Positions 46,301 to 56,497 are shown, counted from the stretch's first letter. The stretch is DNA of 64,000 nucleotides from an uncultured Bacteroidales bacterium (GCA_946185205.1 CAMHIP010000001.1:630-64629), one strand, 5' to 3'. A program made the numbers and translations. The notes: generated by a model from the letters alone, not told the origin.

Positions 46301-46406
46301 GGTCCGTGACCGTGCCGCTGACCGTGATGTTCTGCGCGTGGGCGAAGAACGGGGCCGTGAGGCAAAGGGCCGCGAGTGCGAGCGCTTTCTGGAGGTTTAA
46401 TTTCAT
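43344..46406 (-). CDS. SusC/RagA TonB-dependent transporter
   Basis: VVIGYG, LKDASSTAIYGSRGANGVILIT, C-terminal GINLTF. Confidence 0.95.
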   Translation of the reverse strand: MKLNLQKALALAALCLTAPFFAHAQNITVSGTVTDQSGETVIGAAVMVLNSTVGAVTGVDGTYSLQVSPSGTLEISCMGYTTQRVPVQGRSKIDIVLTDDAQALDAIVVIGYGTARRQDVTGSIASMGGDNLREVAAGDFSRSLNGRVAGVQMSQTNSRPGASLEIRIRGDRSLSASNDPLIVLDGVPFMGSLSDIATGDIKSMDILKDASSTAIYGSRGANGVILITTYKGVSGQAPKVTFNNYIGFKNAIKYPMMNGAEYTAMRNFAGKYTNKVGYEEEGVNTDWQSLFYRTGIVRNHELSVVGGTMKGSYRFSAAYYKDEAVVPTQDYDRISLSGSLDQNLTDWLKIGFSTNTNYNTSHGNQLGLYGILQLSPILKPTAADGTSLVRASMPLDDVWIPTRKNIEEYADRWVNENRGFGSYNTGYIELKAPWVEGLSFKQTVGANFRTNKSGSFTGKGVNSFNVANPNSASTSQNQTVNWTLESLLSYDRTFAEKHHLNVVAMYSAEQTTYEQNGMSARNIPNEQFLYYNIGQALAEDITVSPNAANYWQAGLISYMARVMYSYADKYMISAAVRSDASSRLAKGHQWHTYPAVSVGWNIHNEPFMEGARGWLDELKLRVGYGETSNQAINPYQTLGSLGTRPYNFGDTYATGYFVSTLPNSDLGWEYSNTWNAGLDFGFFSGRLTGTFEYYAQSTHDILLGLNLPATSGVGSYTANIGSTQNRGIELSLNGTIIDTRDWKWDLGLNIYANRNKLVSLASGQTEDRGNRWFVGMPINCLYDYEYDGLWQKGEETLMNILQPGAAPGDIKVKYHGEYKDGLPVRAIDTNDQVPINADPKFLGGFNTRLQFRNWDLTVLGNFQAGGILISTLHGSSGYLNMLTGRRGQIKVDYWTENNTGAHYPRPGGLNSNDNPLYGSTLAYFNGSFLKIGTITLGYNFDKIPALKRAGIDRLRVYATAQNPFVLFSRFHSETGLDPEPNARGNDGSFQASAGYLYRQKVVGTNTPNTRNYIFGINLTF

Positions 46407-46570
46407 AAAGGAATAAGGTTTATTAGTGGATTTGTGTCAAAGTCTCGTTGCAAAAGTAGAGGAAATACGCATTCACTATTTTCGATTTTAAAACACACTC
46501 TGTCAACATTGACCCCTTTCCTTGGTTTGAAAAAGGCTTTTTGTATTTTTGTACCAAAACGCGATTAAAA

Positions 46571-49500
46571 ATGAAAATCCACTCGATCCTCTTGTCCTGC
46601 CTGTTGACAGCCAGCGCAATAAACGTCTCCGCGCAGACGGCCCGTCTCTATACGCCGGAGAACGGGCTGCCGAACACCCAGGTCAATCAGGTCTGCCAGG
46701 ACCGGAGCGGCGTCATCTGGATCTGCACCGAAGGCGGCCTGGTCCGCTTCGACGGAATGGCCTTCGAGACCTTCCGCCACGACCGGGAGAATCCCAACGC
46801 CATCACCAGCGATTCCGTCAACGACCTGCTGGAAGACAGCACCGGCGCGCGCTGGGTCGCCACGGCCCGCGGACTGGATCTTTTCGACGCAGACTACAAC
46901 ACCTTCCGCCGCTTCGACCTGCAGGACGCCCGCCGGCCGGAATCCAACCAATATATAAGCCGCATCCTGGAGGTCCCAGGCCGCACCGCCGGCAGCCGGA
47001 TATTCGTAGGCACGGGCGGCAACGGAATCTTCGTCATCGACACGGGCACCCGGGAACTGCTGAACGAGAAACGGGAGCGGCTTCTCGAAAGCCTGCCGAC
47101 CGAATACATCCACGACCTGTTCCTGGATGCGGACCGGCACCTGTGGGTGATCCCGGAAGGAGCGGAGCCGCTGGCCATTCTCGACGCGGACACGCTGGAG
47201 CCGGACGAGGGCATCTCGGTCGAACCGGCGCTGGCTGCGCGGGGCGGACGCCTGCGCATTTCGGCCCTGGCCGAAGACCCCGTAAGCCACAACCTCCTGA
47301 TCGGCAGCGCTTCCGACGGCCTGCTCGTGTATGAAAGCGCCTCGCGGACCCTGCGGAAGGCGCGCGGCCGGGGAGCAGGCGCCGTGTCTGCGGCGGCCAT
47401 CCTTTTCGACCCGCAGAGCGGGACGGCCGATGCGCGCAGTTTCCTGCTGGGCGACGAGAACGGCGGCCTGCTCCGCTTCGACATCCGCACGGAGACGGTC
47501 TCCGCCGGATCCCTGCCCGCCATCCGGCAGGACGTCAGCGGCTGGAAGGTCAACTCGTTCATGACCGACAACCAGGGCAACGTCTGGATGGGCCTCTACC
47601 AGACCGGCGTGGCCGTGGCGCCGACCTCCATGTTCGGATTCGGCTACGTGGGCTTCAGCAGCCGGAACCTTCCCGGCGAGAACAGCGCCTGCGTCATGTC
47701 GCTCTACGATGACGGCTCCCGTCTCTGGGCCGGTACGGACGGCGCCGGACTGTTCTGCCGCGAGGGTGAGAACGTCCGCAACTACACGCGGGACAATTCC
47801 GGCCTGGACAACAACGCCGTCATGGCCGTGACGGGCGACAGGCACGGCACCATCTGGATCGGGACCTACCTCGGCGGCCTCTTTTATATGGATGCCGGCT
47901 CGGGCATACGGCCTTTCCCCGACGCCGCGGGCATCGGGGTGGAACGCATCCGCTCGCTGGCCTGCGACCCGGAGCGGGACCTGGTCTATGTGGGCACCTA
48001 CGGGGCGGGGCTCGCCATCGTCGATGCGGCTTCCCGCAAGGTCATCGGCAACGTGGTGAACGAAGACAGCCGCTGGATCAGCGCCCTGCATGTGGACAGC
48101 CGCGGACTGCTCTGGGTCGGCACCTACAACGGCCCCAAGCGCTACGACCCCGCATCGCGGCAGCTGGTGTCGTTCAGCATCCTGCCCGACGGCGACCCGC
48201 TGCGTATCTACGCCATCTGCAGCGAACCGGACGGCACGCTCTGGTTCGGGACCGGCGAAGGCGTCTTCCGGGTCGATGCCGGCGGCGCGGTCAGGCAGTT
48301 TACCGAGCGGGAAGGATTGGCCGGCAACGTGGTCCGGGACATCCTCCGCGCTCCGGACGGGGACATCTGGATCTCGACGGCCAGCGGCCTGTCACGCCTG
48401 CGGCCCGGGAGCGGCCGGATCACCAGCTACCATGCCGCCGACGGCCTCCAGGGCAATGAATTCCGCTCCGGTGCGGCGTGCGTGTCCCCTTCCGGGAGAC
48501 TCTGGTTCGGCGGCACGTCCGGCGCTTCTTCCATCTCGCCCGCCCTGATGGACGGCAGCGCGCACAAGGTGCCCCAGGTCTCGCTCTCGCGCCTGACGCT
48601 GCTGGACCGGGAGATCAGCTACGACCCGGCCCTGAACGGCAACAATCTGATTGACAAGCACATTTCGCGCGCCACCCGCATCTCCCTGCCGACGCAGTCC
48701 GACCTGTTCTCGCTGGAATTCTCCGTGCCCGAATACACCAATCCGCAGCGCATCGTCTATGCCTACCGCCTGCGGGGCTACGACGACGGCTGGAAAACCG
48801 CGCCCGCGCGCCTGCGCATGGCTACCTATACCAACGTCCCGCCCGGGCGCTACGACTTCGAGGTCCGCGCCTATTTCGAAGGGGCGCCCGAAGACTACAC
48901 GGAGCGGAGCGTGGAACTGCGCGTGGCCGCACCGTGGTTCCGGACGGGCGGCGCCTATGTCTTCTATCTTATCCTGCTCTCCGCCCTGGCCATGCTGCTC
49001 GTCAATACGGTGAAGCGCCGGCGCAAACGGGCCCAGGAACAGGAAGAAGCCGAACTGAAGGAACTCCGGCTGGGACTGTTCACCAACCTCACCCACGAGA
49101 TCCGCACGCCGCTCAACCTCGTGATGGGCCCGCTGGGCTCGCTGCGGGAGGCCGAACAGGACCCCGCCCGCAAGGACACCTACAACCTGATGTACCGCAA
49201 CTGCCTGCGTATCAACCGCATCGTCAACCAGGTCATGGACCTTCGCAAGATCGACGCAGGGCAGATGCCGATGCATTTCCGGCAGACGGACCTCATTTAT
49301 TTCATCAAGGACATCATGCAGTCCTTCGCGAACCTGGCCCGGACCCGGCGGATCGACTTCCGCCTGGAGTCGGCCAGGGAAGAGGAGATCGTGTGGATCG
49401 ACCAGGGCAATTTCGACAAGATCATCTACAACATCCTGTCCAACGCGTTCAAACACACGCCGGAAGACGGACGCATCCTGGTCAGCGTGTCTGCCCCGAA

Positions 49501-50686
49501 AGACAACGGAGGCACGCTGCGCGCCGACATACGGCAGTACTTGCAGGTACGCATTTTCAACTCGGGCAGCCGGGTCGACGAGGCCGACATGACCCGCATC
49601 TTCGACCGCTTCGTGCAGGTGAACCCGCATGACGCCCTGTCGGGATCGGGCGTCGGGCTCAACCTGTCCAAGATGCTGGTGGACCTGCACCACGGACAGA
49701 TCAGCGTGGACAACGAGGTGGACGGCGTGGCGTTCGACGTGCTCCTCCCCGTCGGCAAGGAACACCTGACGGAAACGGAGCTCTCCGAGACTTCCCGTCA
49801 TAAAGACCTGTATGTCAAGCAACAGAAGGACAGCCACGAAGACCTGACCTATGCCGCGGAAGCCGGAAACGCGGGGCGCGCGGTCAAGGTCAGGAAGAAC
49901 CTGGTCGTGGTCGAGGACGACGACGACACCCGGGAGTACCTGAAATCGCTGCTGCGCGGGCGCTACAACGTGACGGCCTGCGCCGACGCCAAGGAGGCCT
50001 GGCCAGTCGTGGAGGCGCAGGTGCCGGACGCCGTGGTCACGGACCTGGTGATGCCGGGCATGAGCGGCAGCGAATTCTGCCGGCAGATCCGCCAGCATCC
50101 CGACACCCGGCACGTCCCGGTGATCATCCTGACGGGAGAAAACAGCGAGCACGAGGAGCAGGTGGCCACCGAGAGCGGCGCCGACAAGTTCCTCTCCAAG
50201 CCCATTTCGGTCGAGCTGCTGATGAGCAGCATCTCCCAGGTGATTTCGGCCCGGGAGGCCGTCAAGGACAAATACGGCATCGCGCTGGACTACGATTATT
50301 CGGGCATCAAGATCGGCTCCGCCGACGAGCGGCTGCTCCACCGCATCGTGGAGAGCATCAGCGCCCACCTGGACGATCCCGCCTTCGACGTGGCGGTGCT
50401 CTGCGCGGACGTCGGCATCAGCCGGGTGCACCTCAACCGCAAGCTCAAGGCCTTCGGCAAGGATTCGCCGGGCGCGCTGATCAAGAGTTTCCGCATGAAA
50501 CAGGCGGCGCACCTGCTCGCCGACAGCCAGGCCAACGTGTCGGAAGTGGCCTACCGGGTGGGCTTCTCCTCGCACTCCTATTTCTCCAGCTCGTTCAAGG
50601 ACTATTTCGGCATGACGCCCCGCGAATTCGTGGCGCGGTTCCAGGAGAATCCGGAAGATGAGGTGTTGAAAAAAATGCTCGAATAG
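46571..50686 (+). CDS. Hybrid two-component system (propeller sensor, Y_Y_Y, HK, REC, AraC)
   Basis: YTNVPPGRY, THEIRTPL, NILSNAFK, GSGVGL, TDLVMP and VSEVAYRVGF motifs. Confidence 0.95.
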   Translation: MKIHSILLSCLLTASAINVSAQTARLYTPENGLPNTQVNQVCQDRSGVIWICTEGGLVRFDGMAFETFRHDRENPNAITSDSVNDLLEDSTGARWVATARGLDLFDADYNTFRRFDLQDARRPESNQYISRILEVPGRTAGSRIFVGTGGNGIFVIDTGTRELLNEKRERLLESLPTEYIHDLFLDADRHLWVIPEGAEPLAILDADTLEPDEGISVEPALAARGGRLRISALAEDPVSHNLLIGSASDGLLVYESASRTLRKARGRGAGAVSAAAILFDPQSGTADARSFLLGDENGGLLRFDIRTETVSAGSLPAIRQDVSGWKVNSFMTDNQGNVWMGLYQTGVAVAPTSMFGFGYVGFSSRNLPGENSACVMSLYDDGSRLWAGTDGAGLFCREGENVRNYTRDNSGLDNNAVMAVTGDRHGTIWIGTYLGGLFYMDAGSGIRPFPDAAGIGVERIRSLACDPERDLVYVGTYGAGLAIVDAASRKVIGNVVNEDSRWISALHVDSRGLLWVGTYNGPKRYDPASRQLVSFSILPDGDPLRIYAICSEPDGTLWFGTGEGVFRVDAGGAVRQFTEREGLAGNVVRDILRAPDGDIWISTASGLSRLRPGSGRITSYHAADGLQGNEFRSGAACVSPSGRLWFGGTSGASSISPALMDGSAHKVPQVSLSRLTLLDREISYDPALNGNNLIDKHISRATRISLPTQSDLFSLEFSVPEYTNPQRIVYAYRLRGYDDGWKTAPARLRMATYTNVPPGRYDFEVRAYFEGAPEDYTERSVELRVAAPWFRTGGAYVFYLILLSALAMLLVNTVKRRRKRAQEQEEAELKELRLGLFTNLTHEIRTPLNLVMGPLGSLREAEQDPARKDTYNLMYRNCLRINRIVNQVMDLRKIDAGQMPMHFRQTDLIYFIKDIMQSFANLARTRRIDFRLESAREEEIVWIDQGNFDKIIYNILSNAFKHTPEDGRILVSVSAPKDNGGTLRADIRQYLQVRIFNSGSRVDEADMTRIFDRFVQVNPHDALSGSGVGLNLSKMLVDLHHGQISVDNEVDGVAFDVLLPVGKEHLTETELSETSRHKDLYVKQQKDSHEDLTYAAEAGNAGRAVKVRKNLVVVEDDDDTREYLKSLLRGRYNVTACADAKEAWPVVEAQVPDAVVTDLVMPGMSGSEFCRQIRQHPDTRHVPVIILTGENSEHEEQVATESGADKFLSKPISVELLMSSISQVISAREAVKDKYGIALDYDYSGIKIGSADERLLHRIVESISAHLDDPAFDVAVLCADVGISRVHLNRKLKAFGKDSPGALIKSFRMKQAAHLLADSQANVSEVAYRVGFSSHSYFSSSFKDYFGMTPREFVARFQENPEDEVLKKMLE

Positions 50687-50701
50687 CGGGCCGATTCCGA
50701 C

Positions 50702-50769
50702 AATGGTACATTTTCGACAAGGATTGGTTCCAAAATAGTACATCCGCCCTGTCAAAATTGTTACTTTTG
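50702..50769 (+). promoter_or_regulatory. GH115 promoter with putative HTCS-binding direct repeats
   Basis: AATGGTACAT (50702), ATTGGTTCCA (50723), AATAGTACAT (50734), then -7 box TACTTTTG (50762). AATGGTACAT also lies upstream of GH67 on the minus strand (41298-41307). Confidence 0.55.
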
Positions 50770-50798
50770 CCGCAGACGTACTGCAAAACACCTTTCCT

Positions 50799-53339
50799 AT
50801 GGACGCAAAGTCGAGATTCTTCCTCTGCCTGGCAGCGGCGCTGCTGCTCTCCCTCCCGTCCGGAGCCAAGGACTTTCCGGGCATCACCGAAGCAAGGACG
50901 GCGCCGGGACGCTTTCCCCTGATCGAGCGCGGCATCCCCGCCGCCGTGGTCACGGACCCGTCCGACGCCAAGGGCATCCAGATCGCCGCGGCAACCCTGC
51001 GGGACGATTTCGCCCGCGTATGCGGCACCCAGGCCCCTGCGCAGGGGCGGCGGGCCATCCTGGCCGGAAGCATGGACAGCCCCATGATCCGGGAGCTCGC
51101 CGCACAGGGACGGATCGACCCGGCTCCCCTGAAAGGGCAGTACGAGAGTTATTTCATTTCCACCCTGGGCCGGACGGTGCCGGGCTACGACGAGGTATTG
51201 GTCATCGTGGGAGCGGACATGCGCGGCACCATCTACGGCCTGTATGAGATCTCCGAGCAGATCGGCGTCTCCCCCTGGTACGACTGGGCGGACGTGCCCG
51301 TGCGGAAGCAGACGGAGCTCTCGCTCGCGGCAGGCACCTACACCGCGCCGCAGCCCGCCGTCCGCTACCGGGGCATTTTCCTCAACGACGAGGCGCCCTG
51401 CCTGACTTCCTGGGTCAAGAACACCTACGGGACCTCCTACGGCGACCACCGTTTCTATGCGCGCGTATTCGAGCTGCTGCTGCGCCTGCGCGCCAATTTC
51501 ATGTGGCCGGCCATGTGGGACTGGGCCTTCTACGCCGATGATCCGGACAACAGCCGCACGGCCGCCGAGATGGGCATCATCATGGGGACCTCGCACCACG
51601 AACCGATGGCGCGCAACCACCAGGAATGGGCCCGCCGGCGCGGCGCGGACGGTCCGTGGGACTACACGGCCAACCGCAAGGTCCTGGACAAATTCTTCAC
51701 GGAAGGCGTCCAGCGCGCCCGCGACACCGAAGACCTGATCACCATCGGCATGCGGGGCGACGGCGACGCGGCGCTCGGCAAGGAGGGGCAGGAGGCGCAG
51801 TACATCGACCTGCTGGAAGGCATCATCAAGCGCCAGCGCCAGATCATCCGCAAGGTCACGGGGAAGCCCGCCGAGCAGCGCCCGCAGGTCTGGGCGCTCT
51901 ACAAGGAAGTCCAGCAGTACTACGACCTGGGCCTGCGCGTGCCCGACGACGTGACCATCCTGCTGAGCGACGACAACTGGGGCGACGTGCGCAAGCTGCC
52001 CACCGCCGCGGAACGCTCGCGCAAGGGCGGCTGGGGCATCTACTACCATGTGGATTACGTGGGCGCCCCGCGCAACTCCAAGTGGCTCAACGTCACGCCG
52101 ATCCAGAACATGTGGGAGCAGCTGCAGCTGACGTACGCCTACGGCGTGGACCGGCTCTGGGTGCTCAATGTCGGCGACCTCAAGCCGATGGAATATCCGA
52201 TCGACCTCTTCCTCGCCATGGCCCGCCGTCCGGAGGCATTCACGGCAGAGAACCTGCCGGATCACACGCGCGCCTTCTGCGCGGCAGCATTCGGCGAGGA
52301 CCAGGCCGGCGAAGCGGCCCGCATTCTCGATCTGTATTGCAAGTACAGCGGCCGCACCACGGCCGAAATGATGGACCGGACGACCTACGACCTCGCTTCC
52401 GGGGAGTTCCGCCGCGTGCGCGACGATTTCGCCCGCCTGGAAGCCGAGGCGCTGCGGCAGTTCATTTCCCTCCCCGGGGAGGCGCAGGACGCCTACCGGC
52501 AGCTGATCCTCTTCCCGGTGCAGGCCCTGTCCAACCTCTATGAGATGTACTACGCGCAGGCGATGAACCACGACCGCTACGCCAAGGGCGACCCGGACGC
52601 GGACCGCTGGGCGGACGAGGTGGAGCGCTGCTTCGCGCGCGACGCCTTCCTGATGGAGCAGTACAACAAGGAGATGTCCGGCGGCAAGTGGGACGGGATG
52701 ATGACGCAGAAGCACATCGGCTATTTCTCCTGGAACGACAATTTCCCCGCCGACCGCCTGCCGGAGGTCAAGCGCCTCGGTGCCGTGGCGCCCGGCGGCT
52801 TCTCCTTCGCGGCGGACCCGCGCGGCTATACCGCCATCGAGGCGGAGCACTGGGCCGGCGCGCAGGAGGCGGACGGGACGCGCTGGACGGTCATCCCCGG
52901 CATGGGACGCACGCGCAGCGGCGTGGCGCTGATGCCCTACACGGCAGCCGCCGAAGGAGCGGCGCTCCGCTACCGGGTACAGCTGCCCGCGGACGTCGAG
53001 CGCGTCCGGGTGCACGTGGTCACCAAATCCACCCTCGCCTTCAACAACAGCGGCCACCGCTACGAGGTGTCGCTCGGCGGCGCATCGCAGGTGCAGCATT
53101 TCAACGCCCGGCTCAACGAGGACCCGCAGAACATCTACTCCGTGTATTATCCCACCGTCGCCCGCCGCGTCGTGGAAGCCGTCTCAGAGCTGCCCGCGCA
53201 GGCCGGCTGGACGGAGCTGGTGCTGCGCCCGCTGGATCCCGGCATCGTCTTTGAAAAAATCGTGGTGGACTACGGCGGCTACACGCCCCAGTTCCTGTTC
53301 GGGGAGGAATCCCCCGCCGTGCGTGCGGCCGCTGAATGA
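50799..53339 (+). CDS. GH115 alpha-(4-O-methyl)glucuronidase
   Basis: GVSPWY, YRGIFLNDE, WPAMW, GTSHHEPM, GMRGDGD, YKEV, SDDNWG and NVGDLKP motifs. Confidence 0.93.
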   Translation: MDAKSRFFLCLAAALLLSLPSGAKDFPGITEARTAPGRFPLIERGIPAAVVTDPSDAKGIQIAAATLRDDFARVCGTQAPAQGRRAILAGSMDSPMIRELAAQGRIDPAPLKGQYESYFISTLGRTVPGYDEVLVIVGADMRGTIYGLYEISEQIGVSPWYDWADVPVRKQTELSLAAGTYTAPQPAVRYRGIFLNDEAPCLTSWVKNTYGTSYGDHRFYARVFELLLRLRANFMWPAMWDWAFYADDPDNSRTAAEMGIIMGTSHHEPMARNHQEWARRRGADGPWDYTANRKVLDKFFTEGVQRARDTEDLITIGMRGDGDAALGKEGQEAQYIDLLEGIIKRQRQIIRKVTGKPAEQRPQVWALYKEVQQYYDLGLRVPDDVTILLSDDNWGDVRKLPTAAERSRKGGWGIYYHVDYVGAPRNSKWLNVTPIQNMWEQLQLTYAYGVDRLWVLNVGDLKPMEYPIDLFLAMARRPEAFTAENLPDHTRAFCAAAFGEDQAGEAARILDLYCKYSGRTTAEMMDRTTYDLASGEFRRVRDDFARLEAEALRQFISLPGEAQDAYRQLILFPVQALSNLYEMYYAQAMNHDRYAKGDPDADRWADEVERCFARDAFLMEQYNKEMSGGKWDGMMTQKHIGYFSWNDNFPADRLPEVKRLGAVAPGGFSFAADPRGYTAIEAEHWAGAQEADGTRWTVIPGMGRTRSGVALMPYTAAAEGAALRYRVQLPADVERVRVHVVTKSTLAFNNSGHRYEVSLGGASQVQHFNARLNEDPQNIYSVYYPTVARRVVEAVSELPAQAGWTELVLRPLDPGIVFEKIVVDYGGYTPQFLFGEESPAVRAAAE

Positions 53340-53433
53340 TTCTTGCCATCTTTTGAACCAATCCCGGCAGAAAGCGGCGGCGAATCGCAGTATTTTTGTT
53401 AGACTTGGACAATAACAGATAAAACCATAACCT

Positions 53434-54849
53434 ATGGCGAACAACGCAACAGAAGCCAAAGGCTTCTACAAACTGAGCTGGATGCAGCGCATCGGATTCG
53501 GCGCCGGCGACATGGCGCAGAACCTCATCTACCAGACCATCAGCATCTGGCTGCTTTTCTTCTACACCAACGTCTATGGCCTCAACCCGGCCGCCGCCGC
53601 CACGATGTTCCTGGTCGTCCGCCTCGTGGACGTGCTCTGGGATCCCGTGGTGGGCACCATCGTGGACAAGGGCAATCCCAAGTGGGGCAAATACCGCTCC
53701 TGGCTCGTCCTCGGCGGCATTCCGCTGGTCGGACTCGCCATCCTGTGCTTCTGGAACGGCTTCAGCGGCTCGCTCCTCTACGCCTACATCACCTACGTGG
53801 GCATGTCGATGTGCTACACCCTGGTCAATGTCCCCTACGGCGCGCTGAACGCTTCGCTGACCCGCGACACGGAAGAAATCACGATCCTGACCTCCACCCG
53901 CATGTTCATGGCCAACCTCGGCGCCCTGTGCGTCAAGTCCCTGCCCATCATCATCGCCATCTTCGCCCCGAAGGTGAACGGCGTGGCCGTCTATAACACG
54001 CCCGACGCCGCCGGCGCCTGGTTCATCACGATGACCATCTTCGCGCTCGCGGGCCTCGCGCTGCTCATCTTCTGCTTCTCGCAGTGCAAGGAAAAGGTCG
54101 TCATGGACCAGAAGGAGGCCGCCAACGTGAAGGTGAGCGACCTGTGGATGGAGTTCGTGCGCAACAAGCCGCTCCGCGTGCTGGCCTTCTTCTTCATCAC
54201 CGCCTTCGCGATGATGAGCGTGAGCAACGCCGCCGACTCCTATTTCATGACCTACAACGTGGGCGCCACCCCGCTGCTGACCACGCTCTTCATGTGGCTC
54301 GGCACCATCCCGGCCTTCATCTTCATGCCGCTCGTGCCCGCCATCAAGCGCAAGATCGGCAAGAAGGGCATGTTCTTCCTCTTCCTGGGCGTGGCGATCG
54401 TCGGCATGGCGATGATGTACACCTTCGTGTCCATCCCCGCCACCAAGAGCAACTTCGTGCTGCTGTGCATCGCCCAGTTCGTCAAGAGCACCGGCATCAT
54501 CACGGCCACCGGCTACATGTGGGCCCTCGTCCCGGAGGTCATCGCCTTCGGCGAATACACTTCCGGCAAGCGCATCGCGGGCATCGTCAACGCCCTGACC
54601 GGCATCTTCTTCAAGGCCGGCATGGCGCTCGGCGGCGTGGTCCCGGGGCTCGTGCTCGCCTGGGTCGGCTTCAAGGCCGACGCCGCCCAGCAGACCCCGC
54701 TCGCCGAGCAGGGCATCCTCTGGCTCGTGTGCGTGATCCCGGCCATCCTGCTGCTGCTCGCCATCTTCATCATCAGCAAGTATGAGCTCAGCGACGAGAA
54801 GATGGACGAGATCAACCACGCCATCGAGGCGCGCCACCTCGCAGAATAA
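53434..54849 (+). CDS. MFS glycoside-pentoside-hexuronide:cation symporter (xyloside uptake)
   Basis: About 12 TM; GDMAQN, DPVVG..D, WGKYRSW and NVPYGAL motifs. Confidence 0.9.
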   Translation: MANNATEAKGFYKLSWMQRIGFGAGDMAQNLIYQTISIWLLFFYTNVYGLNPAAAATMFLVVRLVDVLWDPVVGTIVDKGNPKWGKYRSWLVLGGIPLVGLAILCFWNGFSGSLLYAYITYVGMSMCYTLVNVPYGALNASLTRDTEEITILTSTRMFMANLGALCVKSLPIIIAIFAPKVNGVAVYNTPDAAGAWFITMTIFALAGLALLIFCFSQCKEKVVMDQKEAANVKVSDLWMEFVRNKPLRVLAFFFITAFAMMSVSNAADSYFMTYNVGATPLLTTLFMWLGTIPAFIFMPLVPAIKRKIGKKGMFFLFLGVAIVGMAMMYTFVSIPATKSNFVLLCIAQFVKSTGIITATGYMWALVPEVIAFGEYTSGKRIAGIVNALTGIFFKAGMALGGVVPGLVLAWVGFKADAAQQTPLAEQGILWLVCVIPAILLLLAIFIISKYELSDEKMDEINHAIEARHLAE

Positions 54850-54867
54850 CCCTCCAACCACATAACC

Positions 54868-55863
54868 ATGGCAAAGAAAGTTCAGAAACGCTATCTCCTC
54901 CCTGCCGACTACATGGCCGACCCGTCCGTGCACGTGTTTGACGGCAAGATCTACATCTATCCTTCCCATGACTGGGAGTCCGCCGCGCCGGACGACGACT
55001 TCGGCAGCGAATACGACATGAAGGACTACCACGTCCTCACCATCGAGGGCGACGACCCGATGACCTCCCCCGTCGTGGACCACGGCGTCGCGCTGGACAT
55101 CAAGGATGTCCCGTGGGCGCGCCGCCAGCTCTGGGACAACGAGGTGGTGAAGGGCCGCGACGGCAAGTACTACATGTACTTCCCGGCCAAGGACAAGACC
55201 GACATCTTCCGGGCGGGCGTCGCCGTGAGCGACTCCCCCACCGGCCCGTTCAAGGCGATGCCGGACCCCATCCGCGGCAGCTATTCCATCGACTACGCCA
55301 TCCTGCACGACGATGACGACGAGTACTACATGTACTTCGGCGGCATCTGGGGCGGACAGCTCCAGCGCTACGAGGACAACCTCGCCAAGGACTGCGGCAC
55401 CTCCTACCCGGCCGACGGCCAGCCCGCCATCCCGGCCCGCGTGGTGAAGCTCTCCAAGGACATGCTCCAGTTCGGCGAGGACCCGAAGCCGGTCGTCCTC
55501 CTGGACGAGGACGGCACGCCGATCAAGGTCGAGGACAACGAGCGCCGCTTCTTCGAGGCCAGCTGGATGCACAAATACAACGGCAAGTACTACTTCAGCT
55601 ACTCCACCGGCGACACGCACAAACTCTGCTACGCCATCGGAGACAACCCGTACGGCCCGTTCACATACAAAGGCGTCATCCTGACCCCGGTCTGCGGCTG
55701 GACCACCCACCACTCCATCGTGGAATTCGGCGGCAAATGGTGGCTCTTCCACCACGACAGCGTCCCTTCCAAGGGCATCAACCGCCTCCGCAGCCTCAAG
55801 GTCTGCGAACTGACCTACCGCCCCGACGGCACCATCGAGACCATCGAGGGACTCGATGACTAA
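54868..55863 (+). CDS. GH43 (subfamily 1-like) cytoplasmic beta-xylosidase/arabinofuranosidase
   Basis: MADPS, YPSHD, GSYSID, FFEAS and WTTHHS motifs; no signal peptide. Confidence 0.9.
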   Translation: MAKKVQKRYLLPADYMADPSVHVFDGKIYIYPSHDWESAAPDDDFGSEYDMKDYHVLTIEGDDPMTSPVVDHGVALDIKDVPWARRQLWDNEVVKGRDGKYYMYFPAKDKTDIFRAGVAVSDSPTGPFKAMPDPIRGSYSIDYAILHDDDDEYYMYFGGIWGGQLQRYEDNLAKDCGTSYPADGQPAIPARVVKLSKDMLQFGEDPKPVVLLDEDGTPIKVEDNERRFFEASWMHKYNGKYYFSYSTGDTHKLCYAIGDNPYGPFTYKGVILTPVCGWTTHHSIVEFGGKWWLFHHDSVPSKGINRLRSLKVCELTYRPDGTIETIEGLDD

Positions 55864-55885
55864 ACAATAAACTGTACTGAAACCG

Positions 55886-55916
55886 AACCGGGGCCCGCGC
55901 GATGCGGGCCCCGGTT
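55886..55916. terminator. Hairpin between convergent genes
   Basis: AACCGGGGCCCGC-gcgat-GCGGGCCCCGGTT. Confidence 0.75.
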
Positions 55917-55945
55917 GCATTTTGTCCGGCCGTAAGGCAGAGAGG

Positions 55946-56497
55946 CTACATCATCGCGATGAGCTCGTCGTTGCTGTAGGCGTCGGCGCCGTAGCAGGTC
56001 TTCAGGTAGGCCAGGCCGCCCTGGTAGTCCTCTTCCGTGAAGGAATTGGTCGCTTCCTTGGCGACGACCACGTCGTAGCCGAGGCAGTAGGCGTCGGCGG
56101 AGGTGTGGCGGCAGCACATGTGCGTGTGGAGGCCGGTGATGATGACGGTCTTGACGCCGAGCTCCTTCAGCAGGATGTCCAGGTCGGTCTGGAAGAATCC
56201 GCTGTAGCGGCGCTTGGGCACCACGTAATCGCAGGCCTGCGGGGTGAGCTCCGGCACGACCTCGGCACCGGGCGTGCCCTTGATGGCATGGTCGCCCCAG
56301 ATCTGCAGTTCGCGGTCGATGCCCGGGAGGTGGCAGTCGTTGCAATAGACGACGGGAACGCCCTTTTCGCGGGCGGCAGCCAGCAGGCGGGCGGTAGCGG
56401 GGAGGATGGCCACGGCGCGGTCGCAGCCGATGGAGCCGGTCACGAAGTCGTTGAGCATGTCAACGACCAGGATGGCGGGATGATTCAACTTTTCCAT
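55946..56497 (-). CDS. Isochorismatase-family cysteine hydrolase
   Basis: VVDMLNDF, KRRYSGF and GLHTHMCC (Asp-Lys-Cys triad). Confidence 0.88.
   Translation of the reverse strand: MEKLNHPAILVVDMLNDFVTGSIGCDRAVAILPATARLLAAAREKGVPVVYCNDCHLPGIDRELQIWGDHAIKGTPGAEVVPELTPQACDYVVPKRRYSGFFQTDLDILLKELGVKTVIITGLHTHMCCRHTSADAYCLGYDVVVAKEATNSFTEEDYQGGLAYLKTCYGADAYSNDELIAMM

Noticed and set aside
41532-46400. 1622-aa + strand ORF, and other long antisense ORFs (38063-41464, 21914-24337, 53113-55920, 48392-51085, 9263-11470)
   Set aside because: Antisense shadows of real high-GC3 genes; no recognisable motifs.
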